Positions 36,315 through 45,837 of a stretch of DNA of 64,000 bases are shown here, one piece after another. Numbering within the stretch: the stretch's first letter is position 1; each line of letters begins with the position of its first letter. Both the position numbers and the translations under genes were made by a program. Below the pieces are notes generated by a model. The model saw only the letters and a list, made by a program, of their open reading frames with translations. It was not told where the DNA came from and did not search any database. This DNA comes from Hellea sp. (GTDB taxonomy: Bacteria; Pseudomonadota; Alphaproteobacteria; Caulobacterales; Maricaulaceae), in contig OZ245061.1 in assembly GCA_965224755.1 (NCBI GenBank), positions 2,247,612 to 2,311,611 of the forward strand, given 5' to 3'.

Positions 36315-37735
36315 TTGATGGTTTTTATCGTGGTTGCGCGGTCGAGATAACTACGCTCAGGATTGGATTGTAAAGGCAACATAGGCGTGACCGAGACGCC
36401 GTTAAGCGTGCCTTTATAAAGCGTGCCGTCTTCCTTCATATACCCAAGCCCGTGAACATCGTGAATGACAAAGGGCTGGCCACCTGATTGCCCGAGCAGC
36501 ATCAGCACATGGCCGGGAATATATATGAGATCGCCGGGCTGGCCTTGTTTTAATCTCTCGATTTTATCGGCACGCATTTCTACCGTATTGGGCGCGTCCT
36601 CATCATAGCGCGAATTAATTCCAATATCACTGCGCCCTTGGTCGCCGCTATTGCGCGGCAATATAATGCCAAAACTCTTGTAAATTTCAGACACAAAGCC
36701 CGTGCAGTCTCGGCCATTAAATCTGTGGCCCCAGCCATAACGTTCGCCCAAAAACTTGAAAGATTGCTTGATGATATTTTCCTGCGTGAACGGCAGATAG
36801 CCTATGCTGACATCCTCTTTGCGCTGGATCAGAGCGTGTTTGAAACTAAGGCTTCCGTCGTCATTACGAACGGGCAAAAGCACCATATGGCTAAGATAGG
36901 GATTTTGGCCATAGAGATTATGCGCCAAATCTTTGGGCCGAGACAGAGGGAGGCAAACGCCCATATCAAGCTGTAATTCCGACACGCCCGACTCTACCGG
37001 GTTATAAACCGTGGAGACCTTATCGCCGGTCACAACGAGAAATTTTTCCGGATGAGCATAGTCCCATACGTCGTCAAAACTGCCAATCGCCAATGCGCTC
37101 AAAGGCGCCCAAGCGATATAATTATAGGACTGCACCAAGGCCCATTTCCCGTCCGTGCTCTCGTGCAGAACAACGGCTGGGTCGCCGGGGAAAAGGACGC
37201 TTTCCTGAAACCGTTCAATATCGCGGTCGCCCGCATCATGGCTAAAGAGAAGGTCGTCGGTGGGGTAAGTGCGAATATCTGTGCGCTTAACCGTAAGGGC
37301 ATAACGCACTGGATTATTATCGGCTACCGCGTCCAAATTCAGCAGGGCTTCAAGGCGGGCAAAATCAGGCGCGCCCAAAAGCGTTCCGTCCGTATAGATA
37401 CGTTTATATGTAGGGATTTTGGAGATGGAGCGCAGGCGGGCTGTCAACTCGTCTTTGGACAATGCCGGCGGGATATTTCCAAGATCATAAAGCGTCGGGT
37501 CATTGGTCACGCTTCGGGTATTAAAGGCCGCGATTTGCTTGGGGCTCATCACTATTTTATCCATGCCCGGTTTTATCCAATGCTCCGGCGAGAGATGCTT
37601 TTCGGAAACGCCGATAACGTCCGAGACAAATTCATCTTCAAAGCCAAGGTTTGTTTTCGGAGCATTTGTATTCTCACCGCAGCTAGCGCCAAAAACGGCG
37701 ATAGCAAAACAAAAAAGATGTGCTTTAGGGTTCAT
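36311..37735 (-). CDS. SH3b plus NlpC/P60 cysteine peptidase (YkfC-like gamma-D-glutamyl-diamino-acid endopeptidase type), exported
   Basis: 474 aa. Signal peptide ends FGASCG. Catalytic region RYGWGHRFNGRDCTGFVSEIYKSFGIILPRNSGDQ and GDLIYIPGHVLMLLG. Confidence 0.75.
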   Translation of the reverse strand: MNPKAHLFCFAIAVFGASCGENTNAPKTNLGFEDEFVSDVIGVSEKHLSPEHWIKPGMDKIVMSPKQIAAFNTRSVTNDPTLYDLGNIPPALSKDELTARLRSISKIPTYKRIYTDGTLLGAPDFARLEALLNLDAVADNNPVRYALTVKRTDIRTYPTDDLLFSHDAGDRDIERFQESVLFPGDPAVVLHESTDGKWALVQSYNYIAWAPLSALAIGSFDDVWDYAHPEKFLVVTGDKVSTVYNPVESGVSELQLDMGVCLPLSRPKDLAHNLYGQNPYLSHMVLLPVRNDDGSLSFKHALIQRKEDVSIGYLPFTQENIIKQSFKFLGERYGWGHRFNGRDCTGFVSEIYKSFGIILPRNSGDQGRSDIGINSRYDEDAPNTVEMRADKIERLKQGQPGDLIYIPGHVLMLLGQSGGQPFVIHDVHGLGYMKEDGTLYKGTLNGVSVTPMLPLQSNPERSYLDRATTIKTIK

Positions 37736-37742
37736 AATAATC

Positions 37743-38906
37743 TCACGTAAATGACGATAATATTTTACCGATCAGCAGCCCGCCGCCTGTGCCAATAATA
37801 TAGCCGAGCATAGCCATTAAAACGCCAATAGGAATAAGCGCGCGCGAATAAGCGGCGGCCAGAATAGGGGCCGAAGCCACGCCGCCAATATTGGCTAACG
37901 ATGCCACGCCACAAGAAAATAAATCGAGCTTAAATAGTTTTGCCGCGATCAGCATAATAATGCCGTGGATGATTAAGATCATAAAGCCCGCCGCAATAAA
38001 TATTGGCGCTTGGCCGAGCTCTGCAAAATTAGCCCGCGACGCAATTAAGGCGATAATGCCGTATAGCAGAATATTACCAAGCTCGCTTGAGCCGGCAATA
38101 CGTCCAAGTTTTGTCATGGCGCCACCCGCGCCAAATATAGTCACAATCAAAACCGTCCAAGTGGTCTTTGAGAAGAACTCTGTGACGGGCAAAAATCCCG
38201 CAAGATATTGCGCGACGGCAGAGGCCGCGAGTCCCAACCCAATAAGAAACAGCAGCGAGGATGTTGTCATGGACGCATCACTATTTTGAGATTTCGCTTC
38301 AATTTTCGCGCTGATATCATCAATCAGCTGGGTATTGCTTTTCGTCCATTTGTTAAATTGCGGGGCGAGCGGAACGAAGGCCAAAAGTAAGACAACCCAA
38401 ATCGCGTAATCAATAGAATCCATTAGCAGCGTATAGCCCATACTGGCATCGGGAATATTCAGAGCGCCCTGCACGGCCACCATATTGCCCGTCCCGCCCA
38501 TCCAGCTTCCGCTTAGCGCGGCAAATGTCATCCACGCATCTTCGGGCAGCCATGTTTTAAAGGCTAGAAATGTGAGGATAAATCCGATGCCAATACTCAA
38601 GCTCGCCGTAATAAAAGCGAGGAGCATTTTAGGGCCAAGGGCCGCAATCTGCCGAATATCCCCTTTGAGTAAAAGCAGAAAAATCATAGAGGGAAGCAGA
38701 TTGCCTTTGAGCACACTGTAAGCTGTGTTGACGCTGTCGGTTTTGGTCCAAAACCCGAAGGTCGAGAGCAGCATGACAACAAAATACAAGATAACAATGC
38801 CGGGAATGATTTTGAAAATCCGGTATTTCTCCGTGGATTCAAGCAGGCTTAAAGCCCCGCAAATCATAAATAAAACAGCTATATATGCAAACCCGCCCGT
38901 GATCAT
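37743..38906 (-). CDS. DUF819-like polytopic membrane protein (putative permease)
   Basis: 387 aa, about 10 or more hydrophobic segments. No soluble domain. Confidence 0.6.
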   Translation of the reverse strand: MITGGFAYIAVLFMICGALSLLESTEKYRIFKIIPGIVILYFVVMLLSTFGFWTKTDSVNTAYSVLKGNLLPSMIFLLLLKGDIRQIAALGPKMLLAFITASLSIGIGFILTFLAFKTWLPEDAWMTFAALSGSWMGGTGNMVAVQGALNIPDASMGYTLLMDSIDYAIWVVLLLAFVPLAPQFNKWTKSNTQLIDDISAKIEAKSQNSDASMTTSSLLFLIGLGLAASAVAQYLAGFLPVTEFFSKTTWTVLIVTIFGAGGAMTKLGRIAGSSELGNILLYGIIALIASRANFAELGQAPIFIAAGFMILIIHGIIMLIAAKLFKLDLFSCGVASLANIGGVASAPILAAAYSRALIPIGVLMAMLGYIIGTGGGLLIGKILSSFT

Positions 38907-38924
38907 AATTTTGCCTCGTTCATT

Positions 38925-40205
38925 TTAAATCCAATCTGGCACATCTTCTCTGTCCAATATATCTTCAAGGCTCGGCCGCTTTCTTATGACGGCATATTTA
39001 TCGCCGCTGACCAGAACTTCCGGGACGAGCGGGCGAGTATTATATTCGCTGGACTGCACAGCGCCGTAGGCGCCGGCTGACCGGATTGCAACAAGATCGC
39101 CTTCCTGCATTTTTGGCATGTCGCGCAGCTCAGCAAATGTATCTCCGGTTTCGCAAACCGGGCCAACTATATCATATTTAATTCTATCATTTGAAATATT
39201 TTCCGCCTTTACAGGTTCAACGATATGGTGCGCGCCATAAAGGGCCGGACGGATCAAATCATTCATCGCGGCGTCTAATATCAGGAAATTTCGTGCCCCG
39301 CCCGATTTGATATATTTGACTTCAGAGAGCAATATTCCGGCATTGCCGGCAATAGAGCGTCCGGGTTCAAAGATAATTTTTAAGTCATGGTTTTTAATTT
39401 TGCGCCCCACCATTGCAACATAAGCGGCAGGCAATGGAGGCTCGTTTTGATCTTCACTATAATTAATACCGAGGCCGCCGCCAAGGTCGTAAGTTTTAAT
39501 ATCATGCCCGTCGCTGCGCAAGGTTTTGACAAGATATAAGATTTTATCCATGGCTTTTTCAAACGGCGCTAAGTCTGTGATCTGGCTGCCGATATGCATA
39601 TCAACGCCGGTCACCTTCAGGCCGGGAAGCTCGCGGATTTTAATGTAAGCGGCTCTGGCCAGCGTAATGTCTATGCCAAATTTATTTTCCGCATTGCCCG
39701 TGGATATTTTTTCATGCCCGCCTGCATTGACGTCAGGATTAATGCGCAAAGCTACAGGTGCTGTTGTGCCCATAGACACGGCAACTTCGCTCAGCGCCAT
39801 AAGCTCTGACACAGATTCGACGTTGAATTGATAAATGCCTGCGCCCTGATTGGCGCCAAGCGCGGCGCGCATTTCGTCTTTGGATTTGCCCACGCCCGAG
39901 AACACGATTTTTTGGGGCGCAATACCCGCGCGCAAAGCCCGCTCAAGTTCGCCGCCGCTGACAACATCCGCGCCTGCGCCCAATTTAGCTAAAAGCGAAA
40001 GTATAGCGAGGTTGGAATTGGCTTTGACCGAATAAGCAATCAAATGATCAAGGTCTTGGGCGGCAGAAGAAAAGGCTGTGTAGTGCCGCGTAAAAGTGGC
40101 GGCGCTATAGACATAAACCGGGGTGCCGACATCTTTAGCAATTACGGAAAGCGGAATATCTTCCGCGTATAATTGCCTATGTTTTTGCTGAAAATGATTC
40201 ATCAA
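38925..40205 (-). CDS. lysA: Diaminopimelate decarboxylase
   Basis: 426 aa. PLP-lysine context YSVKANSNLAIL, then DLGGGLGI and VGPVCETGD. Confidence 0.9.
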   Translation of the reverse strand: MMNHFQQKHRQLYAEDIPLSVIAKDVGTPVYVYSAATFTRHYTAFSSAAQDLDHLIAYSVKANSNLAILSLLAKLGAGADVVSGGELERALRAGIAPQKIVFSGVGKSKDEMRAALGANQGAGIYQFNVESVSELMALSEVAVSMGTTAPVALRINPDVNAGGHEKISTGNAENKFGIDITLARAAYIKIRELPGLKVTGVDMHIGSQITDLAPFEKAMDKILYLVKTLRSDGHDIKTYDLGGGLGINYSEDQNEPPLPAAYVAMVGRKIKNHDLKIIFEPGRSIAGNAGILLSEVKYIKSGGARNFLILDAAMNDLIRPALYGAHHIVEPVKAENISNDRIKYDIVGPVCETGDTFAELRDMPKMQEGDLVAIRSAGAYGAVQSSEYNTRPLVPEVLVSGDKYAVIRKRPSLEDILDREDVPDWI

Positions 40206-40226
40206 ATGACTTTGAAAAATAAGGAC

Positions 40227-41501
40227 TTATTTGTTCGCATAGACTTGAGCCGCATCCAAAACACGGAGCAGGTTTTCGCCCCATATTTTGCTGATGTCTT
40301 CGGCGCTATAGCCGCGTTTCACAAGTTCCTTGGTGATATTCAAAGTTTCTGTGGCGTCCATCCAGCCGTCAATTTTACCGCCGCCGTCAAAATCAGAAGA
40401 AATGCCGACATAATCAATGCCTACGGTTTTCACGACATGGTCAATATGGTCAACCAGATCAGATACATTGGCGGGGGGCGCGAGTTTCTTAGACGCCTGC
40501 ATTTTTTCATCGTAGAGTTTTTCCGTATCTTCATCCATGGACATAAAAGCAAAATCGTCTTCCAGCCCCATTTCGGCGCGCACTTGTTTTTTGAGAGCCT
40601 CCTGCTCCGGGGTGAGGTCTTTTAGATAGGGGCCATAGGCCACAATTTGCACCACGCCTCCGGCTTTGGCCAAAGCGCGTAATTGCTCATCGTCCAGATT
40701 GCGGAGGTTATTGGATATGCCCGACGCGCCGGAATGGGAGGCGATAACGGGCACTTTGGATAGAGCAACGGCTTGAAGCATTGTCTCTTTGCTGGCATGG
40801 GAAACATCGACCATAATGCCTGCCTGATTGAGCGCGGCGACAAGCTGCTTTCCGAGCGGGGATAGGCCGCCGTGCAAGCTCTCGCTTTCGCCTTTATTAT
40901 AGCTTGGGTTTGAGCTATCGCCGAATTGATTATGGCCAACATGCGTGATGCCCATATAGCGCACGCCGAGTCCGGCCCAATTTGCCACATCATCAACAGA
41001 ATTGCCGAGCGAATATGCATTTTCAATCCCGATAAAGGCTATACGTTTTCCGTTCTTATGGATACGCCGCGCATCGTTGGCTGTAAGCGCCAATGCAATG
41101 CGGTCATTATGTTTTTCCGCTAGCCGCATAATCGCATTATAGCGTGTTTCTGCAATGGCTAGCGCTTCGCCGACGCCCGCTTTGTTAAGCTCGCCTTGCG
41201 GGGTAAACACGATCAGGAAGGCCCCGTCCATGCCGCCGGCTTCCATGCTGTCCAAATTGGCGCGGCTCTTTCCGCTAGACCACGGATCCATATCTTCCGC
41301 AATCAGCTCAAGCTCCAAATCAATATGGCTATCGAGGACAAGAGCATTTTCATGTATGGACTCCACCCTTTCTGAAGAAGAAAAGCTTGTAGGAGGCTCC
41401 TGTACAGAACAGGCACTAAGTACAAGGATAAGTGCGGGTAAAACAGCAGTGTATTTGGTTTTACTATGATACAAAACGAGCCTCCTTAATTGGGCATTCA
41501 T
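40227..41501 (-). CDS. Membrane (renal-type, M19) dipeptidase, lipoprotein
   Basis: 424 aa. Lipobox LVLSACS. LDSHIDL, THVGHNQF and SSDFDGGG motifs. Confidence 0.8.
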   Translation of the reverse strand: MNAQLRRLVLYHSKTKYTAVLPALILVLSACSVQEPPTSFSSSERVESIHENALVLDSHIDLELELIAEDMDPWSSGKSRANLDSMEAGGMDGAFLIVFTPQGELNKAGVGEALAIAETRYNAIMRLAEKHNDRIALALTANDARRIHKNGKRIAFIGIENAYSLGNSVDDVANWAGLGVRYMGITHVGHNQFGDSSNPSYNKGESESLHGGLSPLGKQLVAALNQAGIMVDVSHASKETMLQAVALSKVPVIASHSGASGISNNLRNLDDEQLRALAKAGGVVQIVAYGPYLKDLTPEQEALKKQVRAEMGLEDDFAFMSMDEDTEKLYDEKMQASKKLAPPANVSDLVDHIDHVVKTVGIDYVGISSDFDGGGKIDGWMDATETLNITKELVKRGYSAEDISKIWGENLLRVLDAAQVYANK

Positions 41502-41512
41502 CTAATGGTCGA

Positions 41513-42445
41513 TTAATACCGCGCGTCAATTGCTAAAAGTTCGTCTAACCTCTTGGGGCGGTATTTCTCTATTAATGCAAATAAGATAGCTGTGCTTTCT
41601 AGTGTCGGCTGGCCCGTGACTTCGGACGGCCTGAAATGGAGTTGGAACGCGCGCAGGGCATTACGGGTCTGCTCGTCCATAATGCCGGTAGGTTCAATTT
41701 TGTAGCCATAGGTGCCCAGCGCTCTCTGTACATTGATGATCGGCATCGGCTTAGCGGCAAATTGTTCCCAATATTTTACAACCGTATCATCGTCAAACCA
41801 CGCCCCAATGCCGAGCTTATAGAGCCTTTGCCACGGAAACCGGGGGCCGGGATCTATTTTGCGGCTCGGCGCGATATCGGAATGGCCGATGATATTAACA
41901 GGTTTGATGTCAGGATGCCGTTCTAGAATTTCATCCAGTAACGTGATCAATATCTTCATCTGGGATTCGGCAAAATCCGGGTAAAAACATAATCGCGGGG
42001 GTTTGTTAGTCTTGGCAGTGGAGGTTTTGCAATAGGTTTGATTGACAACCTCTATGCCAATGGATTGATCGTTTAAACCGCTCTTCCCGGCCCAATAACT
42101 GCGCCCCGCATGCCATGCCCGCTCTGATTCGGGGACAAGCTCATATATCTCCAGCTTGTCCTTGGTATAACTCTTATCACTGGGATCGGGGACAAGATAG
42201 TGCGAGCTCACGGGTCTGGACGAAGCTTTGGTCAAAATATTTACCGATTCCTCAAAATTGGCTGAGGTATGATGAATGACAATAATACTGACGCGGCTAT
42301 TATAATTTACGGATGGTAAAGCGTTTGTTTTGCCTAGGGTGGTGCAGGCTGACACGCTGAGCCCTGCGGCCATGACAGCCATGCGGCGGGCTAAACGGGC
42401 CGCTAAAGCGCCTGTAAATCGTGGAAAAGTAGAGAATACAGTCAT
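41513..42445 (-). CDS. N-acetylmuramoyl-L-alanine amidase (Amidase_2, AmiD/AmpD type) with a C-terminal peptidoglycan-binding repeat, lipoprotein
   Basis: 310 aa. Lipobox LSVSACT. IVIHHT, ERAWHAGRSYW and IIGHSDIAPSRKIDPGP. C-terminal INVQRALGTYGYKIEPTGIMDEQTRNALRAFQ. Confidence 0.82.
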   Translation of the reverse strand: MTVFSTFPRFTGALAARLARRMAVMAAGLSVSACTTLGKTNALPSVNYNSRVSIIVIHHTSANFEESVNILTKASSRPVSSHYLVPDPSDKSYTKDKLEIYELVPESERAWHAGRSYWAGKSGLNDQSIGIEVVNQTYCKTSTAKTNKPPRLCFYPDFAESQMKILITLLDEILERHPDIKPVNIIGHSDIAPSRKIDPGPRFPWQRLYKLGIGAWFDDDTVVKYWEQFAAKPMPIINVQRALGTYGYKIEPTGIMDEQTRNALRAFQLHFRPSEVTGQPTLESTAILFALIEKYRPKRLDELLAIDARY

Positions 42446-42566
42446 ATAAAGGTCTAATTTCGGTTTTAAATGTTTTGTATTTTAAGGTAGCAACTCTTGT
42501 TTCATCTGCTCCAGATTTATCAATACTCTCTAATAAAACAAGGGAAATCAGACCGGAAATACAAAA

Positions 42567-42599
42567 TGGTGTTAAATTGGTATTAGTATTGTAGGTATT
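42567..42599. promoter_or_regulatory. Three phased TGGTATT-like boxes (11-nt period): candidate NagQ-type operator
   Basis: TGGTGTT (42567..42573), aaat, TGGTATT (42578..42584), agta, TTGTAGG (42589..42595). Lies in the divergent region between the amidase operon and the TonB-dependent receptor. Confidence 0.5.
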
Positions 42600-42640
42600 A
42601 ACAGCCAAATAAACGCTAAAACAGCCTTATAAGTTTAAAA

Positions 42641-42676
42641 TGGTATTTGACTTTGCAGATTTTATGACGGTATTGT
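42641..42676 (+). promoter_or_regulatory. Candidate sigma70-type promoter of the receptor gene, overlapped by a fourth TGGTATT box
   Basis: TGGTATT at 42641..42647. TTGACT at 42647..42652, an 18-nt spacer, then TATTGT at 42671..42676. ATG at 42735. Confidence 0.35.
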
Positions 42677-42734
42677 GATTCAATATCAGAAATCTCTGGT
42701 TACACAGGGCAGAAATCAAACAAAGGGGAAATAC

Positions 42735-45700
42735 ATGACAAAAATTTCGCACAAATCGAGAAAATTCCACCTAAATTATAATAAAATCCTGACAGGCGCT
42801 ATATTAGCGGCAAGTCTTGCTTTTATCAGCACTCCGGCAGCGGCCCAGCAATCAGGCACAGTTAATGGCCGTATCACGGCAAATGATGGCTCAGCGCTCT
42901 CTGGCGTCACCGTTGAAGCGACCAGCCCGGTCTTGCCGGGCATCAGAACGGCGACCTCGTCGGCAAATGGCCGTTATCAACTCCCGCTCCTGCCGCCGGG
43001 TCAATATGTGCTAACCTTCAGAAATAGCGACGGCCGGGTGATAGAGCGCTCAACAGCCGTGCTTTTGCAGCAAAGAATCAAAGTTGACGTTGCCTTTGAA
43101 GGCAGCGACGAAATTGTTGTGACCGGGCAAAGAATGTATGTCGATACGGGTCATGCGGCATTGAAAAACACTCTTGGGGCAGACATAATTGAAGGCATTC
43201 CGGTTGGGCAGGAATATCGCGACATTCAAAAATTGATTCCGGGCGTTCAATATACTGAAGACACGGTGCGCGGGCCTAGCGCGGGCGGTAACGGCCAAGA
43301 CAATGTCTATCAATTTGACGGTGTTGACGTATCCTTGCCTTTATTTGGCACGTTATCTGCGGGTCCTTCAACCCATGATATTGCTCAGGTGTCTATAATT
43401 CGCGGCGGCGCGACCGGAATTGGGTTTAACCGCTCTGGCGGCTTTACCATTAACACGATCAGTAAACGCGGCACCAATGAATATCACGGCGAAATCAGCT
43501 ATAAGGCTGAGACACCCAGCCTTACGGCGGCTCGCAAACAGGCCGCTACGGTTGTTGACTTTGAAGAAAATAAGCGCTGGATTACCGCAAATCTTGGCGG
43601 GCCCATCATTAAAGACAAATTGTTTGGATATGCCTCTTACTACCGCCCGACGGTGACGCAGGACACTAGAAGCAATGTTAGAGGGGCCCAGCCTCCTAAA
43701 ACGACTGAGCGCAATGAGTATTTTGGTAAACTAACATTTGCGCCGACTGAGAACATTCTTTTAGACGCTAGTTATAGGACCTCAGACAGTTCGTCCCGTG
43801 GTTTCGGAATAGAATCATTTGACGCATCATCTCTGTCGACAGGATCAGAGGATAGCCAAGACATTATTATTGCTGAGGGTTCGTGGGTTATTAATGACAA
43901 AAGCTCATTAAATTTCAAATTCACGGATTTTAAGAGTGGTTTCACATCGCGGCCGGATACGCTTTTTAATGTCCCAGTGTCGCTTGGCGGGTCGTTAAAT
44001 ATTGGCGCGCTTGACACAGTGGGCGAGTTTCATGTGCCGACGCCGATTACTGGAGATGCTGCTTTTAACACCTTCATTCAGCCCTTTATCAATCAATATG
44101 GTTTTTCTGAGAACGGTGTGCAAACAGGCGGCGGCAGAGTTGGCGGCGATAGTTTCATCAACGGTCAAGACTTCTCACGTCAGGTCTTTGAAGTTGGCTA
44201 TGATCGTAGATTTGAGCATGGGGAAACCACGCATGACGTTCATATCGGTTACCAATATATGGCCATCGAAGAGGATTTGACGCGTATAACCAATGGATTT
44301 GGTAATATTAATGTTATTGGCGGTCGTGCCTCAACGCGAACCGGCGACCTTCTACCAGATGGAAGTGCAATTGGGGCAGCTGTGCCGATATTCTTTCAGG
44401 CTAATGTCTTTCGGACGGGTCTTGTTGACGCAAGCGGTAACCCCACTGGGCCGCGGACAATCAATTCACGCTCTGAACTACAAAGTTTAGAATTTAACGA
44501 CACGGTTGAGCGCGGAGACTGGACATATAATTTCGGGGTCTTGGTCAGTAATGACACCTTATTCGGCCAAGGTTTACGCGTAAATGCAAACTCGATTTCA
44601 GGGTTTGAACTGGCTCCCGGCGAGCGCTACAAAATGTATGAGGTTGATTGGAAAGATATGATCCAGCCGCGCTTTGGCGTCAATTGGGATTATTCAGATA
44701 GTGCCTCTGTTTACGCTAATTTTGCGCGCTACACACCCGCTGCTTCATCCTTGGCGCGGGCCGCATCTTGGGATCGGAATTTGGCGCGTGAAACCCGACT
44801 TTATTACGATGCAAATGGTGACTTTATTGCCAGTAGGCCAAGAGGTTCATCTTCCGGTAAGTATTTTGATGATGGTTTAAAACCTCGCCAGATCAAAGAA
44901 TATATTATTGGTTGGAACAAAGATGTGAGCGACGAACTCGACGTGCGCGTTCATGCCCGCCATCGCGCCGGAACAAATTTCTGGGAAGATACCAATAACA
45001 ATGCACGGACGCGTTTTAACGCTCCGCCCGAAATTGCCGCTCTGGGAGATTATATTCCCAATCTGAATGATATTCGTTTTGGCGGGCCAAACCCAATTTT
45101 TGGCTCTTCCTATGTTATCGCTCAACTCGATACAGCCCATACGGAATATTATGAGGTCAGTCTTGAAGCCGATTATAATCGCGATAATTTCTTTCTGACA
45201 GGGTCTTATACGTGGTCACGATATACAGGGAATTTTGACCAGGATAATGCAACAACAGCTAATGATGCCAATGTGTTTATCGGTTCTTCTTTACTTGCCG
45301 ATGGCGCGGGGCGTCAGCTCTGGGATAATAAAGAAGGCATCTTAAGAGGTGACCGCACCCATCAATTCAAGGTCTATGGGTATTATAATCTGCCTTGGAA
45401 CGCAAAAGTTGGCGGATTTGCGAATTACCAATCCGGTCAGCCTTGGGAAGTCTGGGATGTGGGCGTTTATCGTTCTTTAACAGGCAGTGGTAGCGACACA
45501 ATACGTTTTGGTGAAGCCGCCGGATCGCGCCGCGCCGACAGCCAGTTCCGGGTTGATTTGAATTATACTCAAAACTTTGAAGTTATGAATGGGTATAATA
45601 TCCAGTTAAGCGCCGATCTGTTTAACGTATTTAATAGCCAGACAGGGTATAACATAGACAGCAAGGCTAGGGGCAGAACAATACAGGAGTTAGGGCAAGG

Positions 45701-45770
45701 CAGTTTTGGATTGCCGCGAAGCTTTATCGATCCGCGCCGCCTACGGCTCACGGCCAAGGCAAGTTTTTAG
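42735..45770 (+). CDS. Oar-type TonB-dependent outer-membrane receptor (CarboxypepD_reg-like N-domain)
   Basis: The ORF is open from GTG 42675. ATG 42735 gives MTKISHKS... with a signal peptide ending PAAAQQ. GRITANDGSALSGVTVEATSP is a carboxypeptidase-regulatory-like domain. C-terminal ...RLTAKASF ends in an aromatic residue. Confidence 0.82.
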   Translation: MTKISHKSRKFHLNYNKILTGAILAASLAFISTPAAAQQSGTVNGRITANDGSALSGVTVEATSPVLPGIRTATSSANGRYQLPLLPPGQYVLTFRNSDGRVIERSTAVLLQQRIKVDVAFEGSDEIVVTGQRMYVDTGHAALKNTLGADIIEGIPVGQEYRDIQKLIPGVQYTEDTVRGPSAGGNGQDNVYQFDGVDVSLPLFGTLSAGPSTHDIAQVSIIRGGATGIGFNRSGGFTINTISKRGTNEYHGEISYKAETPSLTAARKQAATVVDFEENKRWITANLGGPIIKDKLFGYASYYRPTVTQDTRSNVRGAQPPKTTERNEYFGKLTFAPTENILLDASYRTSDSSSRGFGIESFDASSLSTGSEDSQDIIIAEGSWVINDKSSLNFKFTDFKSGFTSRPDTLFNVPVSLGGSLNIGALDTVGEFHVPTPITGDAAFNTFIQPFINQYGFSENGVQTGGGRVGGDSFINGQDFSRQVFEVGYDRRFEHGETTHDVHIGYQYMAIEEDLTRITNGFGNINVIGGRASTRTGDLLPDGSAIGAAVPIFFQANVFRTGLVDASGNPTGPRTINSRSELQSLEFNDTVERGDWTYNFGVLVSNDTLFGQGLRVNANSISGFELAPGERYKMYEVDWKDMIQPRFGVNWDYSDSASVYANFARYTPAASSLARAASWDRNLARETRLYYDANGDFIASRPRGSSSGKYFDDGLKPRQIKEYIIGWNKDVSDELDVRVHARHRAGTNFWEDTNNNARTRFNAPPEIAALGDYIPNLNDIRFGGPNPIFGSSYVIAQLDTAHTEYYEVSLEADYNRDNFFLTGSYTWSRYTGNFDQDNATTANDANVFIGSSLLADGAGRQLWDNKEGILRGDRTHQFKVYGYYNLPWNAKVGGFANYQSGQPWEVWDVGVYRSLTGSGSDTIRFGEAAGSRRADSQFRVDLNYTQNFEVMNGYNIQLSADLFNVFNSQTGYNIDSKARGRTIQELGQGSFGLPRSFIDPRRLRLTAKASF

Positions 45771-45800
45771 GTAAAGTCTAAACAATTTAAGATAATTAAA

Positions 45801-45827
45801 ACCGTCCCTTTTGGGGCGGTTTTTTTA
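45801..45827. terminator. Bidirectional rho-independent terminator between the receptor and sulfotransferase genes
   Basis: Stem accgtccc / ggggcggt (one G-U pair), loop tttt. Seven T downstream and an A-run upstream. Confidence 0.75.
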
Positions 45828-45837
45828 TGGCTAGCAG

